A DNA stretch of 64,000 nt from Adineta vaga. Its lineage: Eukaryota; Animalia; Rotifera. The position numbers and the translations under genes are program-made. The DNA is taken from assembly GCA_021613535.1 (NCBI GenBank), contig CP075495.1:5828001-5892000 (forward strand). The letters are read 5' to 3'. Below the pieces are notes generated by a model. The model had not been told where the DNA came from. It worked only from the letters and a program-made list of their open reading frames with translations, and searched no databases. This document shows positions 26,140 through 40,834 of this stretch, piece after piece. The first letter of the stretch is position 1, and each line of letters opens with the position of its first letter.

Positions 26140-28263
26140 TTAGGCAAGAAATAAATGTAAATGACTGTCATTATAGCCATGTTCTTTCAATAATCTATAA
26201 ATAGAAATAAAGTTCATGTTTCAAAAACTGTTTTAATCAAAAGAGACATACTCGATAGCTAATTTTGAAAATGGTATTGGTCCACAAACACAAACAAGTG
26301 TATCAGTGATGTTAGTTTTCGAAGGCGGGATTGGTAACAATCGATGAAGAAGTTCACCTCGAATATAACCGGTTTCACCTGTCCAATCTGATTCAGGTCG
26401 AGAGAGAATATTATGAACAGTAAGTCTAATAATTACAAAAAAAAAGAAATGAAATGAAATACAAATCTTCGCTAATCTTCTGTTCTATACTTATGTTTTT
26501 CCGACATAGTTTGTAATTCATCTCGACAGAGAATATCCTTTTGAGTTTTGTTAAAGAATAATAAAATTGTATTATGACTTTGTTTATTAGCATAATTTAA
26601 AATTCGAAGCATAGGTGTCAAACCAGTACCAGCTGCAATAAGGATTAATGTTTGACACATATCAATTCGGACGGCATCAAAAGTGCCTTCGTATGAACTC
26701 ATTTCTATTGTATTACCTTAGAAAGAAAAAAACATTTGCCGATTGAAAAACTCTACTTTTCCTATTTTCATACCAATAGGTAATTTTTGTAACATTGGCG
26801 TCATTGTTCGATCGGTGTAATGCTTAATTAACAGTTCAATTGTATGTTCTGGTAATGATTTATCTTCTTCATTTAATTTATCTATAACTGTATATGGTTT
26901 AACAACAACTAAGCCTAAATAAAACTCTAATATAGTGAAAAGGGCAAACAATTTAGAGAACAAACCATCTATTCCTCGTCGTAATCGAATATGATAACCA
27001 ATTGGAGGTACCATGAAAATATTGGATGGTAAAGAGAACGTATACCAATCACTATCATGTGCTACTGGAGTTCGTTTTATCAATGTAACATTGAAATATA
27101 GTGGTTCTAAAATGAAGAAAAATAGTTTATGTTAAGGAAATTTGACTTGAAAATCTCGTGTTTTTTCTTCTAAACATACCGAAATCTTGTATTGGACAAA
27201 TAGATAAATGATTTGATGAAAATTTTCCAATAGATTTCCACATTTGATCAGTTTGTTTTTTCAGATCAATTTCAATTTGACCTCGATTCGTTGACGATAT
27301 TTGTACTAAATATTTCAAAGGAATAAATTCTATTTGATTCTCCCGAAACGTTTCTTCTTACCATGAAAATCATTTGTAACTAATTCAAGTAATTCTAAAT
27401 TAATCGACATTTATCTATTGTTCTTTTCTCTTCTAAATAATATTTACCTATTGCTATTGTATGAACAAATCCATCGATGAAAACAAGAATAGTAATCTTC
27501 TTCGAATTTTCAATCTCAACAAATACTTTATCAACAGTTAATGTCATACATGTAGTATAGATAAATAATGTTAAACTTTTTGTATCAGGTTGTCGAAAGT
27601 CAAATCGAAGTCGTGTTGGTAATGATTTGCCTTTTGCTGATAATGTATCCTTTTGAGGTTGTTTTGAAATCAATCGACCAACAAGACATTTCTCAAGCAT
27701 AGAACCATAATTTACCTGAAAGAAACTCATAGTATGTTTTATTGTTGTTGCTTATTTACAAACCCAAGAATGTATTTCTTGAAAAAGTGTTGTAGCATCA
27801 ATACCAGCACCTCGCATTATTTCATCAACACCTCCTGGATGATAGTCAAGATACGGAGTTATATTGTACACACTCCCTAAAAACATGAATTAATGTTTAT
27901 TTTGATGTTTAGAAAAGATGGATTTTGTTTATTTCATTTCTTACCAGCAATCGCAATCCAACAATCTGTTTTCTTATTATGTTTAGCTAATTCTTCTTCG
28001 GTAACATTCAATAACTTTCCATTTGTTCCAGATATATTCGGTGTATCATTCATTTTACGTATCCAATCCATTAAACCTAAATCAATAAAAATGAAATCAT
28101 TGACAAGAAACATTCAATGCATTACCATGTCGAGGAGCTAAAGCTACCTGGAAATAAAAACAAAGATTACAAAACTAATTCAACATTTTTCAAATTGAAA
28201 TCTTACTTGAGCACGTGGTTTATTTGTAGCTTTTGTTTGTCCTGGTAACTGGAGATGATTCAT
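26140..28263 (-). CDS. CYB5R4: Cytochrome b5 reductase 4 (b5 + CS + FAD/NAD-binding reductase)
   Basis: LMDWIR, HPGG heme motif, HSWVNY, VVKPYT, AAGTGLTPM and VCGP. All exons in frame. Confidence 0.92.
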
Positions 28264-29101
28264 TGTCAAATTCGATTCTCTTGGTTTGATACAACAAAGA
28301 ACTTTAAAAGAAAAAGGATTATTTTCCTATCACAAAGCTTTCTCAATCAAAAATCTATACTCACTTTTCTGTATACAATTCATAATAGATTTTTATCAAA
28401 ATTTTAGACTTAACATCTGTTTATTTATTTATTTTCTTTCTAAGCATGAATTGTATACCATTCATGCAAATCATTTGATGCATCCTGAGGAAAAAAGAGA
28501 ATATATGTTCATATCATTCTTTTCTAGATGTGTTTTTTTGTTCGTATAAATAGAAATATTGTCAACGTTGTTTATAGAAAGAAGAAGAGAACGTGATTTT
28601 TATTTGAAAAAAAAATGGAACTAACAATTTAGCTTCTTTTTTGATAGATAGATAGATAGAACATTTGAAATCTCGATTTCATTGGTTGATATAGTTTTCT
28701 GTAAAAAAAACCGAACGTCAGTTGCTTGTCGAGTGTTTTCCTATTGGTTTTTATCTCATTCAATGAAGTTATAGTCACGTAATGAAGTAAAGTCGAAATG
28801 AACTAGATGAATGAATAACTTACCATACACAATTGATTAGAGATAATTGTAATTGAAATCAAGCGAAGAGAATAGTCATTGTTTTCTTCTTATTTTAATA
28901 ATCTAAGAAAAGAAAATAGAAATATTTCGACTTGGTAGTTCTAATCTTAACAGTGTAGTTCTTCTTTCTAATCTATTATTTCACGATCTCGATCACTACG
29001 GAAATTACTGAGAAGAAAGACATTCCGAATGATCATAAATAAATGAAACAAATTATAAATTGATTTATTTATTTAGAGAAACAAAAGTGACAAAACAATT
29101 C

Positions 29102-31077
29102 TCATGAAAACACATTGAATTTTCGTTGTTTGTTCGATTGAAATAACGGTATACCACAAAATGTTCGTTTCTTTTGACTAGAACAAGAAGATTGATCATC
29201 ATCAATATATTGATCAAAACAAAACCGAAAGGCACGATCATCTTTCGTTGAATAGACATAAACTTTCTTATTGAAATTTCTTTCAAATACTGTTTGAATT
29301 TGATTTCGTAAGAGATAATGTTCATCATATTTGTGAGTAAATTCAATAATAAACGATGTTAAATTTGAATATATTCGAATGAGTTTTTTCATTGATTTAA
29401 GAAATCGATCTGTCGGTTCAAATAATCTTTGATCATGTATAATCAAACGTAAATGATTAAGATTCGTTGCATAATGTTGTTGTATATAAGACGGAAAAAA
29501 GGAACATAGATTTTGACGATTGATCATATTCTTTCCTAGAAATTTTTCACAAAAAAACATATTATAAATAAATTTTTTTCTCGAAAGTCAATCAACATAC
29601 CTAATGTTAAAGATTTCAAATTAGACCATCGAAATTGATTAGTTTCCTGAGCAATTTGTTTTAAAAAAATAAGAAAATTTGGACGTAAATCATCTTGTAA
29701 ACTACTAATTCTATCTAATAGTTTCACATCATGCATAGTTAATGAGATTAATTGTTGGGTTATGAAACAAAATTTTACTACTGCTCGTCGAGACAAATGT
29801 ATATTATTCATAATAATAGTTTGTATAACAGATTGCTTTGTCGCCGTTTGTATATCTAAAATACGTTTTAAATCGCATATTCCTGAGCCCATTTGATCAA
29901 TTTTTCCATCTGATATAATAAAATCAATTAAGAATGGTAAATTTATCATTAATGTAACTAAACCATCCAGACTTAATTCAAATTTTGTTATGATTAAATT
30001 ACGAAGAGATACGATGAGATGAGATACATTATAGATTGAACGAAGTATATACGATTCAAATGATTGTGTTCTACCATTTTTATCTGACCAAATGATATTA
30101 AATTCATTAAAAAGTTCGATCGATGTTGTTACACATTGAACATAATCCACAGATATTAATTGACATGTATGCCAATGGATTGTTTGAATACAGGATGAAT
30201 ATCGATTGCTATTGGATGTTGAATTCCACTGAAAATATTCCGATGGTAGAGAATATTGATGTAAAGTAATCAATTCTTCCATATGATCTAATCGACAGAT
30301 GTTAATCAATATCATTCGTCGATATTTGGAATAATTAATAGTTCTATACAAAGATAACGGACACATACCATGTAAATACGATAATTCTAATGTATGAAGA
30401 TAATAACATGAATTTAAATAATGAATAAATTCATTGGAAAAATTTGCATCATTATTTAATAAAAGAAATTTTAATTTCAAACTTTCTAAACATCGATTTG
30501 GAAGATGAGAAAAGATTTGATGAGATTGATGATCATGATCAAACATAATTTTTAAATGTAAATTTGTCAAAAAATCGAAATGATTTCTTAAAAATATATT
30601 CATTGAATGTAATGTTAATTGTAAACTATTTAATTGATTATTACAATTGATTTGATTAAAAATAATATGATCATTTATTAAATATAAACATTTTAAAGTT
30701 GTCGAACAAAATTGTATGGATTGTAGTGTATTACCAATATCTTCATCATGAATAATTAATTGTTCAAGTAGAGAAAATTTCTTGAAAGAAAATCCATTTT
30801 CCATTAAAATCTTTCGACATATGACATCAAGTTCATCGATGATTAATTCTCGAATTGTTGATGCATTGGATATTAATAAACGAATAAAACATGTAAAAAA
30901 AGTATAATCAACAGTCGATTTTATATGAATACATGTCCATAAACATGAACTATGATGAATCAGATTTTGAAGACGTTTTGATGAAGAAAAATTCTTATAA
31001 AAATCTACTAATTCAACATGATTCAATGTACGAAAGATTTTGATCAAGGCAACATCAGGTAATTCAGTAAGAGACAT
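29102..31077 (-). CDS. F-box / leucine-rich-repeat-like protein
   Basis: N-terminal F-box (LTELPDVALIKIFRTL...LWTCI) followed by LxxLxL repeats. Exons 31077-29601 and 29535-29102. Confidence 0.75.
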
Positions 31078-31482
31078 CTGAAGAAAAAAAACACAAACAA
31101 ACGAAATGGATAAAGTCTACAATGAGAGTCAAGCTGTTTTATTTATCGATTCGTCTGACTCATACAAAACGTAATTCAGTGGGTTTTTAACGTCTACTGA
31201 AAAGAAAAGGCGTAGGAGGTAAAATATGCGAACAGTTTCTATATCCTCAACTATCCATAACGGTAAATATTCACAAAAAGGAAAAAAATATAAGATGTCT
31301 TTTAATCCGCCCATTACTTTTTTTTCTTTTTTCTTTATATTTCATAAATACGCACACACACACAAACACAACTATACATGTTGATTGTCACGTGAGAAAA
31401 AGAAATTCACAATTAAGATTTATGTATATATATATAAATAAATCGATGAAATATGGAACAGAAATAGACGAAAAAAAAAACA

Positions 31483-33218
31483 TCACACAGAAGATTCAAA
31501 TGCATACTTATTTTCGTATGTTAGATATGTTAATAATCGATCAGTCATCGATGGATATAGAGAAAAATGTTTAATATCATTTGGAAATTGTTTAAGATGC
31601 ATTTTAATTGTTAAACGACAAAGAGATTTTAATGTTCGACAGGATGTTTCTTGTTGATAACGAAGAATTGTATCGAAAAAATTGAGAAAACCAATCTTTT
31701 TATTTTCTAATTTCTTATTTAAGAATTGATATGCATCGGATTGTAGAAGTACTTTAATTTGACGAATATCAAAATAGATTTCACCATTATCATATAATTT
31801 ACGAAGAAATTTACTAAATACAGATGTATCTTTGTCATTTTGACAATCTTCAGAACTAGAGAAGAAAAAACACACTTGAATAATAAAATAGAATATGAAT
31901 AGTTTATATTTACCTTAAAATTGATGATGGATATGGAAAAAGCATATCTGTTGAACGTGAAGTAATAAAATATTCATGATGATGTGTTGAAAGATAATAA
32001 ATTGCAAGAATTTCAACAAAATAACCGAACATTTTTTGTCGTGTACTATTTGAATTGTTTTTATTATTTGTCATGAGTAGAAAGATATCACGTAAACGAT
32101 ATTTCAATAGGAAACACGCTAAAATTAGAAGAAGAAGAAAAAAACGATAAGTAGATCAAATATAGATTCTTCTCAAACTACAAAGAATATCTTTTTCATA
32201 CAAAAGAAATGTTATGTCTAGATTAGTTAGATTCAATCGAATACATAGCAATGAACAGTCACTTGATATTGATGGTAGTTTCAATCGCGTCATGAAAACA
32301 GAAGTAATCAACTAAATGAGTTCTATTCATTATTGATAGTATTATTTCTAGGTCATGGTGAAATATTCTTTTCAGTCTCAAGAAAAAACAAACCCGAGCA
32401 AGAAATCTTCATATTAGTTTATCCGAATGAAATTCTATCATAGTAGTTATAGATATGTATACATTTATTCTATGAAGAATACTTCGTAATTTAACACATC
32501 CTTCTCGAACTCTTATAGATTTATAAGTAGAGGAAGAAGAAGAAGTTATAATCTAGCTTAGAAGATCGTCTTTAAAATCTCGAGATTTTATCTACTAGTA
32601 AAACTTTCTTTCTTTTTTTATTATTAGTAATATATGCATTAAATAATTTCTTTTGATGAAAGAATCACAAGGTTAGAATTTTGGTTTAGAATATCAATTA
32701 GATGTATATGATGAGAAAATCAAATCAATATGGAATATAGATTTCTATGAATAATTGAAAATCAACTAACCAAGTTCAAGTAGAATATCAACATCAAATT
32801 CATTCCAAATAAAACTTGTATAATTATGAAATAGTGATTGATAAGTTGAACGATTGGTCATCGATGGTGAATATTCGAAAAATGATTTCGATATTTTACC
32901 ATTGGAAAGAAATAATTGATGTAATGAATGATAGAGATGTTCTGTATGATTATCAATTCGATTTGGATTTAATTTTTGACAAAGAATATAAAGAAGATAT
33001 TGATCAACAATTGTATTACCAAATTGATCACATCCATTCGATATTAATGTATTATTATTCGTTGTTGAAAATGATGTATTTGTTTGTAATTTTAAACGTG
33101 AAGAAAACGAATCATTTAATGTCGTATCAATATATTCAAGCATATTTGGTTGATGATCGGATCGACATAGACGTGGCCGATTTGTTGGTCCACTTGTCGA
33201 TGAAATTGTATGTGTCAT
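31483..33218 (-). CDS. C-terminal SOCS-box protein
   Basis: Three exons (about 33218-32772, 32119-31914, 31856-31483). Ends TLKSLCRLTIKMHL...IKHFSLYPSMTDRLLTYL (BC box plus cullin box). Confidence 0.7.
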
Positions 33219-34351
33219 CCAATTGATAATCTTTTTTTCTCACGACGACAATCGACTAGAATGATATGGAAATAGTTCACCTGTAAATGTTGCTCTTGTT
33301 AGGCTTTTCTTTATGTTAATAATCACTTATAAATGGGAAAGAACCAGAAGAAAGAAAAGAAAAAAAAAGAGATTATTATTATTATTCATCCAATACTTAA
33401 GTGAATAAGTTTTTTTTCTTTCTTTTCTAATAATTGATTTGTCTAACGTTTTTGTTCTTCGTCAAGATGTGAATATGTTTGATCAATTCAACATTTCTTT
33501 TGTATGCAAAAAAATACAATATTGATGATGATAATAATAGTAGTAATAATAATAATAATACTAATAGCGATGAGAACAAGAATATATATTTATATGTCAA
33601 TAGATAAATAGAAGAGATGGTCGACGGGAATAAAAACAGATGAATTAAGAATGAAGAAGAATAATGATTTTTTTCTCATTTAATATTTTGGAGAAAAGCT
33701 CTTTTCTCTCTGGTATAGAAAATAACAATCTTTACACGGTGTCATCAATAGCAAAGCGAAAGAATAATGCAAACAAACAAAGATGAGTAGTGCACCGTAG
33801 TACTCTCATGTCTTTCTCGTATCCGGAATTTCTCTTCTTCTTCTTCTTCTTCTTTTTTTTATATCAAGAATGTGCCCGACTGATGATGATAGAAATGAAA
33901 AACAAGATGAAGATGAAAAAGAAGAAGAAAATATAGAAAAGAAAAAGACTGAGCTCTAACAAACTAATTGGCTAGTGATACCCGCTAGGGTACTCTCATT
34001 CACTCATTCACTCACTCACCAGTTCGATAACAGCGACAACGATGCAATGACTTGTCGTTTCTCGGTTGATGTAAATAACGTTTTTTCTCTTTACTTGTGT
34101 GTGTGTGTCTCTCTCTCCGTCCCTCTTTCGTCTATTCCGGATGTTATTTCGAGTTGCGACGCTAGTTTATAATCAACTCTAGCACTTGTTTTGCGTTTAT
34201 TTTTAATAATCATATTGTTATTGATCGTCTCAGTTACATTTAAATACAACACATACATATCGATTGTAGAGTTCGTCTCTTCATATATTTATGTATCTTT
34301 AGAAAAGCTCTCATTAAATGAGGATTGGAAATAATGAAGAAAGAAGTTTCG

Positions 34352-35080
34352 GAGAGAGAGAGAGAGAGAGGTAGAGAGTAAACATATAACTATTAATTTC
34401 ATAATTCGATCCAGATTAAGATAAATATAAATTGTTTGTATATCTTCATACTGATCGTAAAACATTGAATTCAGTTGACAATTTGTAAATGATCTTCTAA
34501 TACTGAACATTCTATTTTTTTTCGTTTTGAATAATTATCATTTGACAAGCAAAGAAAAATAACTTTAATCATAGAATTTTTTGCATTGATAACTTCTTAA
34601 TTGATAATGACATAGTGCCAAAACTAATTTCAATCATTGCTTTGTTTTCTTTATCTGTCTAAAATATGATACAAGGATTCATAGACTTCTTTCTTTCTTT
34701 TTGTTTTTTTAATATTGAAGAAAACAAATAAACACAAATGTATTGAAGATAATGATTGAATTATTTTTTCTTCTTTGCTGATGAATAAACAATAAACAGA
34801 GACAAAACAAAAAAGAAATGTAAAGCGAGCACCAGCAAACAAACAAACAAACAAAAAAGAACAAAAAAATGAGGAAAGGTCTTCATTTGATCACTGTTCC
34901 ATATGAGACAAATTAGTTGGTTTCTTTTTTTCTCTCTCTCTCTTTTGTTTTGTTTTTTTCGAATTTGTTCGACTAAGTAAGACAAACTGATGCAAATAGA
35001 AAAACATGCAATGCATCTCTTTGAGAACGCCAATAAAAGAAGAATATTATCACTTGAGATCAACACACACACACACACAC
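34352..35080. repeat. Short microsatellites (AG)n and (CA)n in the SOCS-tensin interval
   Basis: (GA)n at about 34352-34370 and (CA)n at about 35063-35080. Confidence 0.7.
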
Positions 35081-35576
35081 GCAACGAAAAGAAGATGAAG
35101 AAGAAGCAGAGTAAAGATTATAGTGCCATTCGACTATGAAACACACAAACACGCACGTATACAAACAATTGTTTGTAAAAACGAGACAAAGTTTTTAGTG
35201 AATAGAAAGAAGAAAGGAAAGAAAAATGACAAATTCTAAAAAGAAACACAAGTTCATTTTAAAAAGAAGACTATTAACAAAACAAAACCTCATACCCACA
35301 ATGAGCGGTAGCCAGAGAGAGAGAGAGAAGAAAAACAATACATAAAACAAAAAAAGATCAAAACGGATAAGTATTTATTTCATATTACACAGCGTGAACA
35401 TAGATTGAAGAGGAAGAAAAATTTTCATGTCATTTGAAATACAAACAACCAAGATTCTTATTTAGAAGAATAGAAAGAAAAAAAACTCTTTTTCTTCGAT
35501 TGTATTAATTATTATTTAGTTGCACATCGAGTCTTCTTTTCCATTACTATCTTTTTCTCATCTTTTCTTTTCTGCT

Positions 35577-38500
35577 TTAAACAGGTACACTTCCGATCAT
35601 CACTTTGGATACAAAATTAACAATTGCTGTAGAAGGTTGTGTTCGATCAATTTCAGCAAATAAATGACATTCATTTTCTGGTTGATTCGAACGATTATTT
35701 CCATTAATTTTCTTTGATACAAAACCAAAACATCTAGAATAGAAAGAGATTAATTTCAAATTTTCTAATGAAACAAAATATATGGTGTCATTGTCTACTT
35801 TGCTCGTGGTAACATCTCTAAATCCGACATTTGATGTGTCCAATAACGATCCGTTTCATAATCTACACCACAATAAGTGACATATTCTTTTGGAAAATGT
35901 CGTCGAGAAAATAATCTAAATAATCCACATGTCGTTTTCATTATTTAATTATTGTAATTCATACTTTTTCTTTGTATCTGTTAATGTTATGCCAGTACTT
36001 GAAACTTTAAAATGAACATTAGTTGCTTGTAAACGATCAGCATTATCAAACGTTGCACGTAATGCTTTGTTTAAGGCCATTTGACCAGATAATGATTCGA
36101 CATCGACATTATTCAAATAAACTACATTACATGCTGAAAATGAATGATAGAGAAAATTAAAATTCCAGCATAAAGACTTTTACCAGCTCCTTTTTCTAGT
36201 AAATCTTTAACAGAAAGTTTTCTATTAGTATCATGTTGTTGATTTGATGTTACGCGATACTCTTCAGTAATATCAGCATTTGGTATAAGTAATTTGATTG
36301 GTAAGGCAAGCGGTGTAACTGAATGTTGATAGACCAAAGCTGAGAGATTGACTAGAAACAAAAAACACACCAAGATAATGATTGATTCAAAAAGACAATG
36401 TGCTAGTTCAGCCTTAAACTTTCTTTAGAAAATCTTATCAGTGTGGTCTTTTTAATTAGCAATATGTGTATGGTACGTCTATCACTATATGCATCAAAAG
36501 TTAGTAAACAAATTGTTGATGAAGCATTATGACATCATTCAATGAAAATTTTTGCTTATTGATGCACTTAGTCGAGTGTTGTCTAGTGGAAAAGCTCTTG
36601 AAAATAAGAATTATTTTCTTTTTCTTAATCAGTATATCACGAAATATTTCCTACCAAAATCTGGTTCATTTTGACATCCTTTCAATCGTACATGTCCAGT
36701 TGGTGTTCGTTCAATAAGATAATGTCGAACTAATTCAGCATTTGGATCTGCACCATGTTTTGCTTGAATACCAGTGGGTAATGTTTCAACTTTAACTGCC
36801 AAGCCATATGAACCTGGAAAACCTTGACTATCTCGAATGAGAAACGATCCCGGTGGTTTCGTTTTCAATGAGTTAATTGCTATGAAACAATATATAGAAT
36901 CCTATGAAAATTTTGTTATTTCATATATCAATTTCATACCATCTTCACGTGACATTTTCTCTTTATACCAAAATTGACTAACATTATGTGCTTGATAAGC
37001 ACCATTACGATGCACATCAGTTTCTAAAACAACAAAAATGACAAGAAAAACTCAATAACTTGTATCACGCAATATTTCAAGGTCAATACGTCATTTTTGA
37101 TTAATTATTCATTCGAGTAGGGAAATCTATGTGGATTATGACATTTTCTCAAGAGCTTAATATATTATATGATGATGAGAAGAAGAAGGTTTTTGTTACA
37201 TTTAAAATTCTTCAAATACGGATGGATGATATTTTCATGATGAAATCAAGAAGTTCAATGTATTTTTTATTAACAATTATTAGGAATGATATTTTACCTG
37301 TTGCGGAAGAGGCACTTGATCGTCGGGAACTTTCTTCCTGATTTCGAGATAAACTAAATGAAAAACAAATTTTCTTTGAATCTAATAGAATAATGAAGAA
37401 AAAAAAACTTATTCATACCCATTGCCTAAACGTGTTTGATTATCTAAATATTTCCAAAAGACAAAAAAAGATGCATGTATTAATTTTTAATTTGAACATA
37501 GAAATTAAACACATACATGATTGATTAGTTACTGGAAATGTAGGTGTTGATGGTGGTTTCGTGTTTATTTGATTATCAATTCGTTCATGAAGTGCACTTG
37601 GTATCTAAGAAAATCAATAGAAGATTAAATAGAAATTCATTGTTAACTATTAATTTATTTCGTTTTCGGAATAGCAAGCAAGGGATAAACAAACATTTTC
37701 GGGTGTTTTTTTTCTCTTACGATATGAGCTGTAGATGAAAATACTTGTGGTTTGCTTGGATATGATACTGATGGTATCGTAATTTCATTGATATTTCGTT
37801 GTACTCTATTCGTTTTTTGTAAACTATTTTCACCAGAAAACTTTCGTTTCAATTCTGGTGATGCAGGCATTTGTGGTTTATTATTACTTGGAGGATTAGA
37901 TAAACCGACTTGACCTGGGAAAAGATTTGGTAATATTGAAATATCTTTTTTCATTGTTTCCATTTGTTGTTTAGCTTCATGTGTTGAAGATGGCATTAGA
38001 TTTATTGTCTAGATAATAAATGGAATGTGAGTTCTTTTTTTCAATAATTGAACATTCCATGCGATAATCATTAAACTCATTCATGTACATGCGAAACTCA
38101 ACAATGATTCAAGAACAGGGACAATACAAACGAAAATATATCGAATTAATTTCTCTTACCCTTTTTTGTTGTGTTTTATTGACTGCTGATACATGTTGTT
38201 CAGGCAAACGTGATATTGTTGCTGATGGATCTTGACTGAAAACAGGTATGGATGTTGAACGTAACTGATCTTGTGAACGATAACGTTGACTATTATTATC
38301 AACAAATCGTTGTTGTTGTTGTGATACAGGTCTTGTCATAGTAGCGGATTGTTTACCAACCCATCCACTATCACCGTATTGAATATCGATCGGAACTGGT
38401 CGACGATTATAATTTTGCTGTCGAATATTCATACCTGAATCGGTTTCATATCCACCAACATATTCTGATCGACTACGTAAAGTATTTCCATTAGATTCAT

Positions 38501-40824
38501 TAAGAAATGAACTACCACGTAAATTGGTCGGTACAGTATTTAAATTTGATGATGAAACCATTCGATTATTAACAACTAATGTTTCCGGTATTGCCGCCAT
38601 ACGTGGTGGTAATGTGCGTGTCATACGTAATCGACCACTACTAATCAAACCTGTATCAGTATCATAACCATCTGGTCGTAACATTGAACGATGACCATTC
38701 CCATTAATACCACCCATATAGCTGTCATGATGTCGTTCACGTACAAAATGCATTGGCTGTTGATGTTGTTGCGGATAATATGGATAGTGCATTGATTGAG
38801 ATGGTGGTGGTGGTCCATGCATTGATAACGTTGGTGGAGGACCTCCATAATATCTTTGTCCATAACCACGAGATGTAACTACACCTGTATCTGTCTCATA
38901 TCCAGAATAATCATGACCACGAACACGTAAACCACCGGCAGGTAAAGTTGATCGTGAATAATTATAGTGTTCTGGCGGTGGCTGCGTATCAAGATAAGTG
39001 CGTGAAGGTGAACGAAGTAAATCCATACGACGTAATTCAATGGGTCCATCTGGTGGTGGTTCAGATGTTGCACGAAAATGTGTCGGAAGGGCTGTTGTTG
39101 ATGCTGATGTCACCGTACTTGTATAACCATCTGTTAATTAGCAAAGAAAAAAAATTATCATTCAATTTGCCTAAGAATAATCTTTGTCTTTTATTACCTC
39201 GATTGTCCTGACGACTATAAGGTCTCCTTGATGATATTGTACTTGTTGGACTATCGGTTCGTATTAATTTTATTGGAAATCGTCCACGTGTCGGATCCAT
39301 CTAAATATATTAGCACATTAATTTCATGCAATATTGATTTTCTTTGCTTTTTTTCTTCATCAATAAATCAACTTCAATAAAAAAACCTGTCAATGTTCAT
39401 TCTTTTGTTTTAAATTTATGCTTTTCTTTGTCTTTCATTTTTGATTATCATTCTTTTTATGTTTGATGTTCTTTCTAATCTATCTTTACGTAATCTCCCT
39501 TAGTCTTACTGTGTAACATATAGATAATCAATAGATCGTCTTTGTTTCCTTCAACTGCCTATTGCTGACATTGAGATTGAGAAATGACGAATATTATTGT
39601 ATTAATATTCGTTTCTTCTTTATAATAAATAATCGATTTGAATCTTTTTTTTTAAAATTTTCTTTCGAGATCAAGATATGATATTTAAATTAGTCATTTT
39701 GTTTTTAGAAATGTGAGGTTATTAAAAAATAAATGACTATGTAGTTGACAATTAGCAAAATCTAATTCATTTTTACTTACACGATGAATTGAATCTGTAT
39801 AAGCAGCACTTGAACTATATGTTCGACGATTATTTACTGGATTTTGATGATGAATTGGTATATCTGTTGTCCATGCTGTTTGATGTGTTCGTTGTTGTTG
39901 TGAACGTTTTCTTAGAGTATTTTGCACACTTTCTAGTAATGAATCAATTAATTGTTCATCAATGGATAGATGATCACGTGATGCCTGTTTTTGAGCGGGC
40001 TTATTTGTGGTAGTAGTTGTAGATGTCATAGATGAAGAACTTGTGATAGGTATATCTGTACCTCCATTAGTTCCTCCAATGCCACGTTTGATACGTATAC
40101 GTTCTTCTCGTGTTGTTTTTGATCGCTGTTCTTCACGTTGTACTCCATTAGATGATAAAGATGTACCATCAATGAGACCACTGACTGTATTAGCATCAAA
40201 ATCATTACGTTTTTCATTGTTTAATGTTGATGCTTGTGTATACGATGATGCTCGAATAGATGAAGGTAATTTTGCATGTAAATTATTATCGCTAGCATCA
40301 TTACTTGAACGACGTTGATAAGCATAGGACGATGATGATGATGATGTCGTCGGATGTTTATTATTATTATTATTAATATTGATATTAATAGAATTATTAT
40401 TATTATTTCGATTACTTGAACTAGTACCAATCGGACGATTTACTTCGAAAAGTAAATCTTTTACAAGATTGTCGAGTTGATCGACATCGGATTTGATTTT
40501 GCTTGATTGTGGTAAAGACATATTTTCGTTTGAAGGATTAAATGAGACAGGCAGCGAAATGCCGCCGTCACTGATTTTACTGACACCGATGTTGCTAGTA
40601 AGTAGAGAAGAAGAAGGAGATACAATGGGTGTCGACGGAGAAAAAGAAGACGATGAGGTACTAGTTATTTGTACAGGCAAACGAATAGTCGTTTGAGTTG
40701 TTTGAGATGGAGAGAAAGAAGAAGAAAGAGAAGAAGAAAAAAGAGTAGTCGGCGTAGCAGTAGTGTCGGTAGTCGTTGTATTAGTAGCGTTGTTAGAATG
40801 ATTGACTTGCACGTTTTTGTACAT
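35577..40824 (-). CDS. TNS: Tensin-family protein (long disordered region + SH2 + PTB); 5' end uncertain
   Basis: SH2 (FWYKEKMSREDAI, GSFLIRDS, LVRHYLIE, LSALVYQHS) and PTB (GAACNVVYL, VHFKVSSTGITLTD, FSRRHF, NECHLFAE, QPSTAIVNFV). Exons traced in frame. Confidence 0.88.
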
Positions 40825-40834
40825 AACCTAGAAG

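Noticed and set aside
32816-33226. Antisense and alternate-frame ORFs overlapping real exons (also 15550-15981, 20885-21160, 40007-40318, 50696-51034)
   Set aside because: These are shadow ORFs of real coding exons with no independent evidence.
33975-35084. Short hydrophobic ORFs between the SOCS-box gene and tensin
   Set aside because: They are translations of microsatellite and T-rich UTR or promoter sequence.
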